64,000 nucleotides of DNA from an uncultured delta proteobacterium (GCA_963832165.1 CAWHTE010000004.1:224001-288000); one strand, 5' to 3'; shown: positions 13,530-25,289, counted from the first letter of the stretch. Notes: generated by a model from the sequence alone, not told the origin. Made by a program: numbers and translations.

Positions 13530-14363
13530 ATGATGGACGACGCGCAACAAGACGGTGTGGACCGACGCCATCGGCGCCGCCGGCGGCGGCGACGCCGCAC
13601 GCAGCGCGGCCTGCTCCTGCTCCCGCACCTGATCACCACCGCGAACCTCGCGCTGGGATTCTTCGCGATCGTGCAGTCGTTCGCAGGCCGCCACGATCTC
13701 GCCGCGCTCGGCATCGTGCTCGCGGCGGTCGCCGACGCGATCGACGGGCGCGTCGCTCGGCTCGCGGGATCGTCGAGCCGGTTCGGCGTCGAGTACGACT
13801 CGATCGCCGACACCGTGTCGTTCGGCGTCGCGCCCGCGATGCTCGCGTTCTCGGCGGGCAATCTGCAGGTGCTCGGCAAGCCGGGCTGGGTGATGGCGTT
13901 CACGTTCACGGCCTGCGCGGCGCTGCGTCTCGCGCGCTTCAACGTGTCGCCGGGCCGCTACAAGGGCCGTTTCGAGGGCATGCCGTCGCCCGCCGCGGCG
14001 GGCGTGGTCGCGACCACGCAGTGGTTCGTGTCGTTCCTGCGCGAGCAGGGCCGCGTGATCGTGGACGTTCCCGAGTTCCTGGTCGCGCTGTCCGTGGTCG
14101 GGCTCGGGCTGCTCATGGTGAGCCCGCTCCCGTACCGCAGCGGCAAGGAGATCGACCTGCGCCACTCGTTCGGCACGCTCGTGCTGGCCGTGATCGCGCT
14201 CCTGCTCGTGATCGTCGAACCCTCGGTGACGCTGTTCGCGATCGGCGTCGCCTACATGCTCTCCGGCCCGGTCGACTGGCTGTGGCGCCGCCACACCGGT
14301 GCGACGCTCGAGGAGATGCCGGCGCCTCCGCCGCACCCCCTCGAACTGCCCCCGCGAGGTTGA
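13530..14363 (+). CDS. pssA: CDP-diacylglycerol--serine O-phosphatidyltransferase
   Basis: CDP-alcohol phosphotransferase motif DAIDGRVAR...FGVEYDSIADTVSFGVAPA, plus ALRLARFN. Confidence 0.9.
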   Translation: MMDDAQQDGVDRRHRRRRRRRRRTQRGLLLLPHLITTANLALGFFAIVQSFAGRHDLAALGIVLAAVADAIDGRVARLAGSSSRFGVEYDSIADTVSFGVAPAMLAFSAGNLQVLGKPGWVMAFTFTACAALRLARFNVSPGRYKGRFEGMPSPAAAGVVATTQWFVSFLREQGRVIVDVPEFLVALSVVGLGLLMVSPLPYRSGKEIDLRHSFGTLVLAVIALLLVIVEPSVTLFAIGVAYMLSGPVDWLWRRHTGATLEEMPAPPPHPLELPPRG

Positions 14364-14367
14364 AGCG

Positions 14368-15915
14368 ATGAGCGAACTGGTGCGGATCTTCGACACGACG
14401 CTGCGCGACGGCGAGCAATCGCCCGGCTGCAGCATGAACCTCGGCGAGAAGCTCGCGCTCGCACGCCAGCTCGAACGGCTCGGCGTCGACGTGATCGAGG
14501 CCGGCTTCCCGATCGCGAGTGAGGGCGACTTCGAGGCCGTGAAGGCGGTCGCCCAGCAGGTTCGCGGCGTCTCGATCTGCGGGCTCGCGCGCACGGGCGG
14601 CGAGGACGTCGAGCGCGCCGCGCGCGCGCTCGAGGGCGCAGCGGCGCCGCGCATCCACACCTTCATCGCGACGAGCGACATCCACCTGCACCACAAGCTG
14701 CGCATGAGCCGCGAGGAAGTACTCGCGGAGGTCGACCGCGCGGTGCGCCAGGCGCGCGGCTACGTCGACGACGTCGAGTTCTCGGCCGAGGACGCGACGC
14801 GCAGCGACTGGGACTACCTGGTCCAGGTGTTCCGCGTCGCGCTCGACGCGGGTGCGCGCACGCTGAACGTGCCCGACACGGTCGGCTACACGCAGCCCGA
14901 CGAGTACGCCGCGCTGATCCGGCACCTGCGCGCGGGGGTTCCCGATGCAGCGTCCCGTGCCGTCTTCTCCGTGCACTGCCACAACGACCTCGGCCTCGCG
15001 GTGGCGAACAGTCTCGCGGCCGTGCTCGCGGGCGCACGCCAGATCGAGTGCACCGTGAACGGGATCGGCGAGCGCGCCGGAAACACCTCGCTCGAAGAGG
15101 TGGTGATGGCGATGAAGACGCGTCCCGACGTCTACGCGGGGCTCGACACCGAGATCGTCGCCGCGGAGATCTACCCGTCGAGCCGGCTGCTCGCGTCGAC
15201 GATCGGCGTGCCCGTGCAGCCGAACAAGGCGATCGTGGGCGACAACGCGTTCGCGCACGAGGCCGGCATCCACCAGGATGGCGTGCTCAAGGCCGCGATC
15301 ACGTACGAGATCATGACGCCGCAGTCGATCGGTCGCGCGTCGAACGAGCTCGTACTCGGCAAGCACTCGGGCCGCCATGCGTTCCGCGATCGGCTGGCCG
15401 AGCTCGGCTTCGAGCTCGAAGGCGAGGCGTTCCAGGAGGCGTTCCGGCGCTTCAAGGATCTGGCCGACGCAAAGAAGACGATCTTCAACGAGGACCTCGA
15501 GGCGATCGCGAGCGACGCGGTCGTGCGCACGGACGAGCGCTTCGCGGTGAAGGAGGTGACCGTGCTCTCGGGCACGTTCGCCAAGCCCACCGCCACGGTC
15601 GAGCTCTGGGTCGACAAGAAGCCGGTCAAGGCGACGGCGCTCGGGATCGGACCCGTCGACGCGGTGTTCAAGGCGATCGTCGAGCTCACCGAGACCAAGA
15701 GCGAGCTCGAGCGCTTCCACGTCAACGCGATCACGGGCGGCATGGATGCGCTCGGCGAGGTATCGGTGACGGTGTGCGAGGACGGGAGGCGCGTGATCGG
15801 CAACGGCGCCGACCCCGACATCATCGTGGCGAGCGCGCGCGCGTACGTGCATGCGCTGAACAAGCTCGAGTGGCACAAGCGCCGCCATTCGCTGACCGAG
15901 CCGAAGGGCATCTGA
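14368..15915 (+). CDS. leuA: 2-isopropylmalate synthase
   Basis: Motifs FDTTLRDGEQSPG, HCHNDLGLAVAN, GIGERAGN and AHEAGIHQDG. Confidence 0.97.
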   Translation: MSELVRIFDTTLRDGEQSPGCSMNLGEKLALARQLERLGVDVIEAGFPIASEGDFEAVKAVAQQVRGVSICGLARTGGEDVERAARALEGAAAPRIHTFIATSDIHLHHKLRMSREEVLAEVDRAVRQARGYVDDVEFSAEDATRSDWDYLVQVFRVALDAGARTLNVPDTVGYTQPDEYAALIRHLRAGVPDAASRAVFSVHCHNDLGLAVANSLAAVLAGARQIECTVNGIGERAGNTSLEEVVMAMKTRPDVYAGLDTEIVAAEIYPSSRLLASTIGVPVQPNKAIVGDNAFAHEAGIHQDGVLKAAITYEIMTPQSIGRASNELVLGKHSGRHAFRDRLAELGFELEGEAFQEAFRRFKDLADAKKTIFNEDLEAIASDAVVRTDERFAVKEVTVLSGTFAKPTATVELWVDKKPVKATALGIGPVDAVFKAIVELTETKSELERFHVNAITGGMDALGEVSVTVCEDGRRVIGNGADPDIIVASARAYVHALNKLEWHKRRHSLTEPKGI

Positions 15916-15926
15916 AGGGAGATCTC

Positions 15927-17006
15927 TTGCACCGCATCACGGTTCTGCCCGGGGACGGGATCGGCCCCGAGGTGACGCGCGAAGCGCGCCGCGTGCTCGA
16001 CGCCGCCGCGCGCATCGCCGGTATTCCGCTCCACTTCGAGCAGGCGCTCGTCGGTGGCTGCGCGATCGACGCGCAGGGCACACCGCTCTCCGACGAGACG
16101 CTCGAGCTCGCGCGCGGCTCGCGCGCGGTGCTGCTCGGAGCGGTGGGCGGTCCGAAGTGGGACAAGATGCCGGTCGATCGCCGTCCCGAGCGCGGCCTGC
16201 TGCGGATCCGCAAGGAGCTGGGCCTGTTCGCGAACTTGCGCCCCGCGCAGGTGTTCCCGGCGCTCGTGGGCGCGTCGACGCTGCGCCCGGAGGTGGTCGC
16301 GGGGATCGACCTGCTCGTGGTGCGCGAGCTCACGGGCGGGCTCTACTTCGGTGAGCCGCGCGGCCAGGCGATCGTCGCGGGGCGCCGCGAAGCGCGCAAC
16401 ACGATGGTGTACGACGAGACGGAGATTGCGCGGATCGCGGTCGTGGCGTTCGAGGCCGCTCGGCGGCGGCGCCGCGAAGTGACCCACGTGCACAAGGCGA
16501 ACGTGCTCGAGGTATCGCAGCTCTGGGTCCAGGTGGTCGAGGAGGTTGGGAAGGACTTCCCCGACGTCGAGCTGCGCCATCAGCTCGTGGATTCGATGGC
16601 GATGCTGCTCTTGCGCGAGCCTGCGGCCTACGACGTGATCGTCACCGAGAACCTGTTCGGCGACATCCTCTCCGACGAGGCCGCGATGATCACGGGGTCT
16701 CTCGGCATGCTGCCATCGGCGAGCCTGGGCGAGGGCGGCGTGGGGCTCTACGAGCCCGTGCACGGCTCCGCGCCCGACATCGCGGGTTCCGACAGAGCCA
16801 ATCCGCTCGCGGCGATCCTGTCCGCGGCGATGCTTCTCGAGCACTCGCTCGAAGCGCCGGACGCCGCGGCCGCGGTGCGCCGCGCCGTCGACGCAGTGCT
16901 CGCGGACGGCTACCGCACGGCGGATCTCGTCTCGGCCGAGAACGACACCGCACCGATCGGTTGCCGCGAGATGGGCGACCGGGTGCTCGAGCGTCTGAGC
17001 GCCTAG
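15927..17006 (+). CDS. leuB: 3-isopropylmalate dehydrogenase
   Basis: Motifs LPGDGIGPEV, VRELTGGLYFG, NLFGDILSDEA and YEPVHGSAPDIAG. TTG start. Confidence 0.97.
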   Translation: MHRITVLPGDGIGPEVTREARRVLDAAARIAGIPLHFEQALVGGCAIDAQGTPLSDETLELARGSRAVLLGAVGGPKWDKMPVDRRPERGLLRIRKELGLFANLRPAQVFPALVGASTLRPEVVAGIDLLVVRELTGGLYFGEPRGQAIVAGRREARNTMVYDETEIARIAVVAFEAARRRRREVTHVHKANVLEVSQLWVQVVEEVGKDFPDVELRHQLVDSMAMLLLREPAAYDVIVTENLFGDILSDEAAMITGSLGMLPSASLGEGGVGLYEPVHGSAPDIAGSDRANPLAAILSAAMLLEHSLEAPDAAAAVRRAVDAVLADGYRTADLVSAENDTAPIGCREMGDRVLERLSA

Positions 17007-17009
17007 CGG

Positions 17010-18014
17010 ATGGCTACACGCGGGCTGCGTTTGGGCATCACGGGTGCGACGGGAGCGCTCGGCACCGAGGTGTTGTCGGCGCTCGACGATGCGCGCGTGC
17101 CGATCGCGCAGCTCGTCGCAGTGGCCGGCGAGCGATCGCTGGGCGCCGAGCTCGAGTTCCAGGGCGAGCTCGTGCCCGTGGCCGCCGAGCTGCCCGCGCT
17201 GCACGGGCTCGATCTGCTGATCAACTGCGCACCAGCTGCCGCCGCACCCGACATCGCGCGAGCCGCGCTGCGCGCCGAGGTGCCGTGCATCGATCTCTCG
17301 GGCGCGTTCGCGCATCGCAGCGAGGTGCCGCTGGCGTGGACCACGCGCGGCGTTCGCGTCGAGCGCGCGCCGCTGATCGCTGCGCCCGTCGACGCGGCGC
17401 TGGTGTGGCTGCCGCTGCTCGGCGCGCTGGCCGAGCTCGGCGCGCTCACACGCGTGCGCGGCACGATCCTCGAGGGCGCTTCGGCGTGGGGACGTGCGGG
17501 GATCGAAGCGCTCACGCGCGAGTCGCTCGCGCTGTTCAATTCGCAGGATCTGCCGGAGGGCGAGGAGCTCGAGCATCCGCTCGCGTTCGACTGTCATCCC
17601 GCGAGCGGCGAACGCGGCGAGGGCGGACGCCGCGCGCGCGAGAGCGCGCTCGCGGGCGTGCTCGCGCGCGCACTCGATCCCGCGCCTGCGGTGTCCGCGC
17701 GCTGGATCCAGGTGCCCGTGTTCGTGAGTCAGATCTCGGCGTTGACCGTCTCGTGGGATCGCGCGGTCGATGCCGACGAGGCCGCACAGAAGCTCGCGAA
17801 GGCATCCGGTGTGGAGCTCTGGAGCGGGGGCGGAGAGGGCGCGAACCTGCGCGCGGTGGCGGGCCGCGACGTCGTCGTGGCGAGCCGACCCGAGCCCGAT
17901 CGCGCGGAGCCCGGCGCTCTGTTCCTATGGGCCGCGGCCGATCTCCTGCGTCTCGCGGCCGCGAACGCGGCGGCGCTTGCGGCCGCAATGGTCGCCGAGC
18001 GCGGCGCGCGCTGA
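17010..18014 (+). CDS. Degenerate aspartate-semialdehyde dehydrogenase family protein (Usg-like)
   Basis: GATGALG Rossmann loop, IDLSGAF, LAFDCHP, QVPVF and D-x-LR-x-AAANA. The catalytic Cys and His positions are not conserved. Lies between leuB and truA. Confidence 0.8.
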   Translation: MATRGLRLGITGATGALGTEVLSALDDARVPIAQLVAVAGERSLGAELEFQGELVPVAAELPALHGLDLLINCAPAAAAPDIARAALRAEVPCIDLSGAFAHRSEVPLAWTTRGVRVERAPLIAAPVDAALVWLPLLGALAELGALTRVRGTILEGASAWGRAGIEALTRESLALFNSQDLPEGEELEHPLAFDCHPASGERGEGGRRARESALAGVLARALDPAPAVSARWIQVPVFVSQISALTVSWDRAVDADEAAQKLAKASGVELWSGGGEGANLRAVAGRDVVVASRPEPDRAEPGALFLWAAADLLRLAAANAAALAAAMVAERGAR

Positions 18015-18017
18015 GGG

Positions 18018-18782
18018 TTGCGCGTGGCGCGCACGTTCCGCCTCACGCTCGAGTACGACGGGACGGAGTTCGAGGGCTGGCAGGTCCAGTCCGGCGGACG
18101 CCGAACCGTACAGGGTGTGCTCGAAGTGGCGCTCGCGCGCGTGACTCGAGAGCGCGCGCGCCCTGTCGGCTCGAGCCGCACCGATGCGGGAGTCCACGCC
18201 GAGGGACTCGTCGCGAGCGTGCGGCTCGAGACCGCGCTCGAGCCCGAGCGGCTGCAGCGCGCGCTCAACGCGTCGCTGCCCGACGACGTCGCGGTGCGCG
18301 AGGTCGCCGTGACCCACGACGACTTCGACGCGCGCCGCGACGCGACGGGCAAGCTGTACCGCTACTCGCTCTGGAACTCGCCCGAGCGATCGCCGCTGCG
18401 GCGCCGCCGCGCGCTGTGCCTGCTGCGGCCGCTCGACCTCGCGCGGATCCGCGCCGCCGCCGCACAGCTCGTGGGCTGTCACGATTTCGCGTCGTTCCAG
18501 GGGGCCGGGTCGCAGGTGCAGTCGAGCGTGCGCCTGCTGCGCCGGCTCGAAGTCACGGGCGAACCCGGGGCCGCGGTCGATCTCTGGTTCGAGGGCAGCG
18601 GCTTCCTGCGCCACATGGTGCGAAACCTCGCCGGAACCCTGATCGAGGTGGGCTCGGGGCGGCGGGATCCCGAGGGGATGACCACGCTGCTCGCGGCGCG
18701 GGACCGGCGTCTCGCGGGTCCGACGGCGCCCGCGCACGCGCTCACACTCGTGTCGGTGAGCTATCAAGATTCCTCGTGTTGA
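18018..18782 (+). CDS. truA: tRNA pseudouridine(38-40) synthase
   Basis: Motifs YDGTEFEGWQ, SSRTDAGVHA, HDFASF and GFLRHMVR. Confidence 0.97.
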   Translation: MRVARTFRLTLEYDGTEFEGWQVQSGGRRTVQGVLEVALARVTRERARPVGSSRTDAGVHAEGLVASVRLETALEPERLQRALNASLPDDVAVREVAVTHDDFDARRDATGKLYRYSLWNSPERSPLRRRRALCLLRPLDLARIRAAAAQLVGCHDFASFQGAGSQVQSSVRLLRRLEVTGEPGAAVDLWFEGSGFLRHMVRNLAGTLIEVGSGRRDPEGMTTLLAARDRRLAGPTAPAHALTLVSVSYQDSSC

Positions 18783-18807
18783 CGGGAGCTTGCGCCTACG
18801 GTATCGA
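18779..18807 (+). promoter_or_regulatory. Putative sigma-70 promoter of rplM-rpsI
   Basis: TTGACG-N17-TATCGA. Confidence 0.5.
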
Positions 18808-18851
18808 CTCGGACCCGACCGCCGGCGAGCCCGGGTGAGGAGAGGTAGTTC

Positions 18852-19304
18852 ATGGGGGCACAGGCCCATCGCGCCACCCAGAGCGCTCGCCCCGCGGAAG
18901 TGGTGCGGCGCTGGTTCGTCGTGGACGCACAGGACGTCACACTCGGACGGCTCGCGTCGCGCGTCGCCACGATCCTGCGCGGCAAGCACAAGGCGATCTT
19001 CACGCCGCACGTCGACACGGGCGACTTCGTCGTGATCGTGAACGCGGAGAAGGTCAAGCTCACGGGCCGCAAGCGCGAGCAGAAGACCTATCGGCACCAC
19101 ACGGGTTGGACCGGCCACGTGAAGTCGGTCACCGCCGACAAGCTGCTCGACGGCCCGCACGCGGAGCGCGTGCTCCAGAGCGCCGTACGCGGCATGCTTC
19201 CGAAGAACTCGCTGGGCCGGCAGATGTTCCGCAAGCTCAAGGTCTACAAGGGCCCCGAGCATCCCCACGCAGCCCAGCAGCCGGAGGTCCTCGACCTTGC
19301 CTGA
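18852..19304 (+). CDS. rplM: 50S ribosomal protein L13
   Basis: Motifs [32 protein letters not shown] and HPHAAQQP. Confidence 0.99.
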   Translation: MGAQAHRATQSARPAEVVRRWFVVDAQDVTLGRLASRVATILRGKHKAIFTPHVDTGDFVVIVNAEKVKLTGRKREQKTYRHHTGWTGHVKSVTADKLLDGPHAERVLQSAVRGMLPKNSLGRQMFRKLKVYKGPEHPHAAQQPEVLDLA

Positions 19305-19692
19305 ACCCCAGACGTTCGTCGCGACGGGCAAGCGCAAGACAGCGGTCGCGCGGGTTCGCCTGCGGATCGGCAGTGGGCAGTTCCGCGTCAACGGACGCAC
19401 GCTCGAGGATTACTTCCCGCGCGAGGCGTCGCGCATGATCATTCATCAGCCGCTCGAGACGGTCAACGCCGTGGGGCGCTACGACATCACCGCGACCCTG
19501 CACGGCGGCGGAATCTCGGGTCAGGCCGATGCGCTGCGCCACGGCATCACGCGTGCGCTCGAATTGCTCGACCCCGGCAACCGTCCCGCGCTCAAGAAGC
19601 GCGGCTTCCTGACCCGCGACGCTCGCAAGAAGGAGCGCAAGAAGTACGGGCAGAAGGGCGCCCGCGCGCGCTTCCAGTTCTCGAAGCGCTAG
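19297..19692 (+). CDS. rpsI: 30S ribosomal protein S9
   Basis: Motifs [19 protein letters not shown] and [19 protein letters not shown]. Confidence 0.99.
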   Translation: MPEPQTFVATGKRKTAVARVRLRIGSGQFRVNGRTLEDYFPREASRMIIHQPLETVNAVGRYDITATLHGGGISGQADALRHGITRALELLDPGNRPALKKRGFLTRDARKKERKKYGQKGARARFQFSKR

Positions 19693-19699
19693 GTCTCCG

Positions 19700-20734
19700 A
19701 TGAAGATTGCGGTGGTCGGGGCCAGCGGGTACACGGGCCTCGAGCTGCTGCGCCTGTTGCTCCGGCATCCCGAGTTCGAGATCGCCGCAGTGACCTCGGA
19801 GCAGCGCGCGGGGCGCGAGGTGGGCGACGTGTTCCCCGCGCTGCGCGGGCGGCTCGATCTGCGCTTCGAGGCGGTCGATCCCGCGTCGCTCGCGGGCCGC
19901 GTCGAGCTCGCCTTCACGGCGCTGCCGCATGGGGCGTCGGCGCGCGCAGTGATCGGGCTGCGCGACGCGGGCGTGCGCGTCGTCGATCTCTCGGCCGATT
20001 TCCGGATCCACTCGCTCGCCACCTATCAGCAGTGGTACGGCGAGCACCCGGCGCCCGCGCGGCTCGCCGAAGCGGTCTACGGTCTGCCCGAGCTGCACCG
20101 CGCCGCGCTGCGCACGGCCTCGCTCGTGGCCGCGCCCGGTTGCTATCCCACGTCGGCGCTGTTGCCGCTCGCGCCGCTGCTGCGCGCGGGGCTCGTCGAG
20201 CCGCGCGGGATCCACATCGATTCGAAGTCGGGCGTCTCGGGCGCGGGCCGCACGCTCTCCGACGGCTACCTGTTCGCCGAGCTCGACGGCAACTGCCACG
20301 CCTACAAGCCGGGCTTCACGCACCGCCACGCGCCCGAGATCGAGCAGGAGGCGAGCGAGGTCGCGGGCGGCGAAGTGCGGGTCACGTTCGTGCCGCATCT
20401 GCTCCCGACCGTGCGCGGGATCGCCACGAGCGTGTACGTGCGACCGCGCGGCGGCGACGCCGAGCGCGCGCGCCGCGCACTGCACGAGGCGTACGACGCC
20501 GAGCCGTTCGTGCGCGTGCTTCCCGAGGGCGAGACGCCGTCGCTCCAGGCGGTCGTCGGCACCAACTTCTGCGACGTCGCGCTGTTCGCCGACACACGCA
20601 ACGAGACGTGGATCCTGCTCTCGACGCTCGACAACCTGTGCAAGGGCGCGAGCGGGCAGGCGCTGCAGTGCGCGAATCTCGTGTGCGGATTCCCCGAGAC
20701 GATGGGGCTGCTCGACACGGCGCTCTTGCCGTAG
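19700..20734 (+). CDS. argC: N-acetyl-gamma-glutamyl-phosphate reductase
   Basis: Motifs GASGYTGLEL, DLSADFR, PGCYPT, SGVSGAGR and DNLCKGASGQA. Confidence 0.97.
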   Translation: MKIAVVGASGYTGLELLRLLLRHPEFEIAAVTSEQRAGREVGDVFPALRGRLDLRFEAVDPASLAGRVELAFTALPHGASARAVIGLRDAGVRVVDLSADFRIHSLATYQQWYGEHPAPARLAEAVYGLPELHRAALRTASLVAAPGCYPTSALLPLAPLLRAGLVEPRGIHIDSKSGVSGAGRTLSDGYLFAELDGNCHAYKPGFTHRHAPEIEQEASEVAGGEVRVTFVPHLLPTVRGIATSVYVRPRGGDAERARRALHEAYDAEPFVRVLPEGETPSLQAVVGTNFCDVALFADTRNETWILLSTLDNLCKGASGQALQCANLVCGFPETMGLLDTALLP

Positions 20735-20768
20735 CTCACACCGAAACGCGAGTGGATCCGCGCGCGGT

Positions 20769-20797
20769 TTGACGCTCGATAGCGCCCACGATATACC
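20769..20797 (+). promoter_or_regulatory. Putative sigma-70 promoter of NUDIX-pyrG
   Basis: TTGACG-N17-TATACC. Confidence 0.55.
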
Positions 20798-20818
20798 TCG
20801 CAAAACCACTCGGTCCGC

Positions 20819-22907
<2,089 letters not shown>

Positions 22908-22918
22908 TACTAGTTCGA

Positions 22919-23039
22919 CGAACTAACGTTACCCCCGGTGGGTAGACCTTTTCCCGCGCGGTGCTCCAAATGCGTAGGTCGGGCTCCTAACGGTCGCTGT
23001 ACGATCCTCCGCTCGCGGGGACGTGGCTCGGCTCTTGCA
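22919..23039 (+). promoter_or_regulatory. Sigma-54-type promoter with upstream tandem palindromic sites (copy 1)
   Basis: TGGCTCGGCTCTTGCA (23024-23039, GG-N10-GC). GGGTAG-N4-TTTCCC at 22940 and a weak CGAACT-N4-TTACCC 21 bp earlier. Confidence 0.65.
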
Positions 23040-23151
23040 GCCTTTACGCCGCAAGGGAAGGGCGCGACGCGTTACATCGACGCGCCGCTGTGGCTCCGTT
23101 CCACCGTCGAGCTGTCGAGCCGCGCAGGCCTTGCGCAGGCGAGGAGTACGG

Positions 23152-24072
23152 ATGCGAGTCTGGCTGCGGTCTGGATGGACCTGTGCGATGGGTGCGATCG
23201 TCGGCGCGAGCTGGATCGCGAGCTCCGCCGGGGCGGCGTCGCTGACCTACGGCGTGGTCGCTGCGGAGAGCGATCTGAGCCTGCGCTTGAACGCGCAGGC
23301 CTTCATGGACGTGACGCCCGACCTCACCGAGGGCCTGCCCGGCGGCGACGATTTCCCCTACACCGCGGCCCTGAACTCGGTCTCGAACACGACGCCCAGT
23401 CCCTCGTCCCACGTGGTCGCGGACGTGGGCCTTCCGGGCGGGTTCGACAACGGCGCCCACGGCATCTCGTTCTCGGAGCTGGTGATCCAGGCGCTGGCCC
23501 CGAGCAACCTGAGCGGGTTCGGATTCGTTTCGGTGCCGCTCGACCTCACCGGCTCGTCGAACCAGCTCGTGCTCTTCGATGTGGTCGTGTCCTACTTGAG
23601 CATCGTTCTGGACAGTCCCCTCACGTCGTCGCTGACGCCGACGGGGAACGCGAATGAATGGCTCTGGGCGGGGCTCGCCAACGTGACCATCAGCGGAGAG
23701 GTCGGGCCCTACGTGAATCCATTCGGCGTCACGCTCGGGATCTTCCCGTTCAGCCAGCAGGCGACGATCCCGCTGGCCGGGACCTTCTCGGGAATTCCGA
23801 CCGGCACCCAGATCACGGTCGGGATCCCGCTCGGCGCGCTCGAGGACGAGCCGCTCCCGCTCCCTCCGATCGAAGTGAGTCTGCCGCTCGACCTGCTCCA
23901 GCTCGGGCTCATCACGGGCACTTTCAAGCTGACCGACCTGACGCTCGTCGAGTTCTCGTCCGACGTCGTCTACCGGAACGTGACGCCGATCCCGGAGCCG
24001 GGCACGGCACTGCTCCTGGGTCTCGGCCTCGCGGGGCTCGCGGTGCGCCGCATCCACAGCCTCGGGCGCTGA
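23152..24072 (+). CDS. PEP-CTERM surface protein, paralog of 32784..33704
   Basis: RBS GAGGAG, signal peptide, and C-terminal IPEPGTALLLGLGLAGLAVRR. Confidence 0.88.
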   Translation: MRVWLRSGWTCAMGAIVGASWIASSAGAASLTYGVVAAESDLSLRLNAQAFMDVTPDLTEGLPGGDDFPYTAALNSVSNTTPSPSSHVVADVGLPGGFDNGAHGISFSELVIQALAPSNLSGFGFVSVPLDLTGSSNQLVLFDVVVSYLSIVLDSPLTSSLTPTGNANEWLWAGLANVTISGEVGPYVNPFGVTLGIFPFSQQATIPLAGTFSGIPTGTQITVGIPLGALEDEPLPLPPIEVSLPLDLLQLGLITGTFKLTDLTLVEFSSDVVYRNVTPIPEPGTALLLGLGLAGLAVRRIHSLGR

Positions 24073-24145
24073 TCCGGACGGCCGGTTCGAGAGGGGCGGT
24101 CCTGCCTCGCGTTTGCGAGGAGGGTCCGCTAATCATCTCGCGCTC

Positions 24146-24221
24146 GGGACGTTAGCTCAGTTGGTAGAGCGCTGTGTTCACACCGCAGAGGTCACTGGTT
24201 CGAGCCCAGTACGTCCCACCA
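24146..24221 (+). tRNA. tRNA-Val(CAC)
   Basis: Acceptor GGGACGT/ACGTCCC-ACCA, D arm TAGCTCAGTTGGTAGAGC, anticodon loop TTCACAC, T loop GGTTCGAG. 76 nt. Confidence 0.97.
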
Positions 24222-24223
24222 GT

Positions 24224-24300
24224 GGCCCGGTAGCTCAGCTGGATAGAGCACCAGCCTCCGAAGCTGGGGGTCGCGCGTTCGAATCGCGCCCGGGTCACCA
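24224..24300 (+). tRNA. tRNA-Arg(CCG)
   Basis: Acceptor GGCCCGG/CCGGGTC-ACCA, anticodon stem-loop CCAGC-CTCCGAA-GCTGG, T loop GTTCGAAT. 77 nt, only 2 nt after tRNA-Val. Confidence 0.97.
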
Positions 24301-24304
24301 TTCG
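24288..24304 (+). repeat. 17-bp direct repeat, copy 1 (tRNA-Arg 3' end, attL-like)
   Basis: GCCCGGGTCACCATTCG, identical to 25516-25532. Confidence 0.85.
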
Positions 24305-24341
24305 TCGCCCAGAATCCAGACGCGGAGCACCTTGGCGTGGG

Positions 24342-25289
24342 CTATGCGCGCGCCCTGCGCCACCCGGCGAGGCCGAACACCCCGAGCACACCTGCGACGA
24401 GGAGCAAGTCCTTGCCGGGCTCGGGGGCGACGCGAATACCGATGGCGTCGATCCCGCTCGTCGGGTCGAAGCCGAGCCCGCTCGTCGCGGCGAGGTTTAT
24501 CGCGCCGCTGAAGTACGCCCCGCTGCGGATCCCGCGGTCGCCGCTGATGATGGCCTCGTTCCACTCGTACACGTTCCCGCCCTGGTCGAAGGTGCCGTAG
24601 GGGCTCGGCGAACCCGGGTAGCTGCCGACGATCGTCAGTTCGCCCGCGGCGCTGGCGCAGTTGGCGCTGTTCGCCGCTGCGGTCGGCGCCGAGCAGGTCG
24701 TCTGCGTATCCGAGCCCGCCGGATAGTCGAAGTAGCTCGTCGAAGGTGGGCTGTAGAACGCCGCCTTGTACCACTCGTCCTCGCTCGGCAGGAAGATCGT
24801 TGCACCCGCGTTGCGCGCGCCGACCGTCGTCGGGCCACTGAACGTGTAGGCGCCGTCCTCGGTCGTCGTGTTGTCCTGCGCCCCGGTGAGTTGGCCGTTG
24901 TGCAGCCAGTTCGCGAAACGCGCCGCGTCGTAAAATGACACGTAGTTCACGGGCATGTCTTCACGAAACGCTATTGCGGCATAGCTGTAGTCGGGGCCGA
25001 TGACGGTCCTCGTGATGCCGCCGAGGCCCGAGTCCATGCTGGTGCTATAGAGCGCGTTTGGGTCGGCCTGTCCGGCGGCGGCGACGGCGTTCAGGAACTC
25101 CGCGTACTGCGCGTTTGTCACCTCGTAGGTGCCGATGTTGTAGCCATAGCCCACTGCGCCGAAGCCCGTGTTGTCGGCGGCATTGCCCGGATTCCCCACA
25201 AACGTCCAGTCGATCGTGACGACGGCCGAGGCAGGGGCACCCAGCAGCAGCACGGCCCCGAGCATCGACAGCGGGATCAGCGTTCGCAT
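24342..25289 (-). CDS. Secreted SUMF1/FGE-sulfatase (C-type-lectin-like fold) domain protein with PEP-CTERM-like tail
   Basis: Motifs YEVTNAQYAEFLN, PVNYVSFYDAARFANW, LPSEDEWYKAA, YGTFDQGGNVYEW and GIRVAPEPG-TM-RRAR. Confidence 0.9.
   Translation of the reverse strand: MRTLIPLSMLGAVLLLGAPASAVVTIDWTFVGNPGNAADNTGFGAVGYGYNIGTYEVTNAQYAEFLNAVAAAGQADPNALYSTSMDSGLGGITRTVIGPDYSYAAIAFREDMPVNYVSFYDAARFANWLHNGQLTGAQDNTTTEDGAYTFSGPTTVGARNAGATIFLPSEDEWYKAAFYSPPSTSYFDYPAGSDTQTTCSAPTAAANSANCASAAGELTIVGSYPGSPSPYGTFDQGGNVYEWNEAIISGDRGIRSGAYFSGAINLAATSGLGFDPTSGIDAIGIRVAPEPGKDLLLVAGVLGVFGLAGWRRARA

Noticed and set aside
13530..13610. Poly-Arg run at the pssA N-terminus as a leader or attenuator peptide
   Set aside because: It is in frame with pssA, and basic N-termini are common for this family. 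No attenuator structure was seen.
24342..25289. Diversity-generating retroelement target (FGE/C-type-lectin fold)
   Set aside because: No reverse transcriptase and no second near-copy of the C-terminal region (template repeat) were seen in the window. It cannot be excluded elsewhere in the genome.
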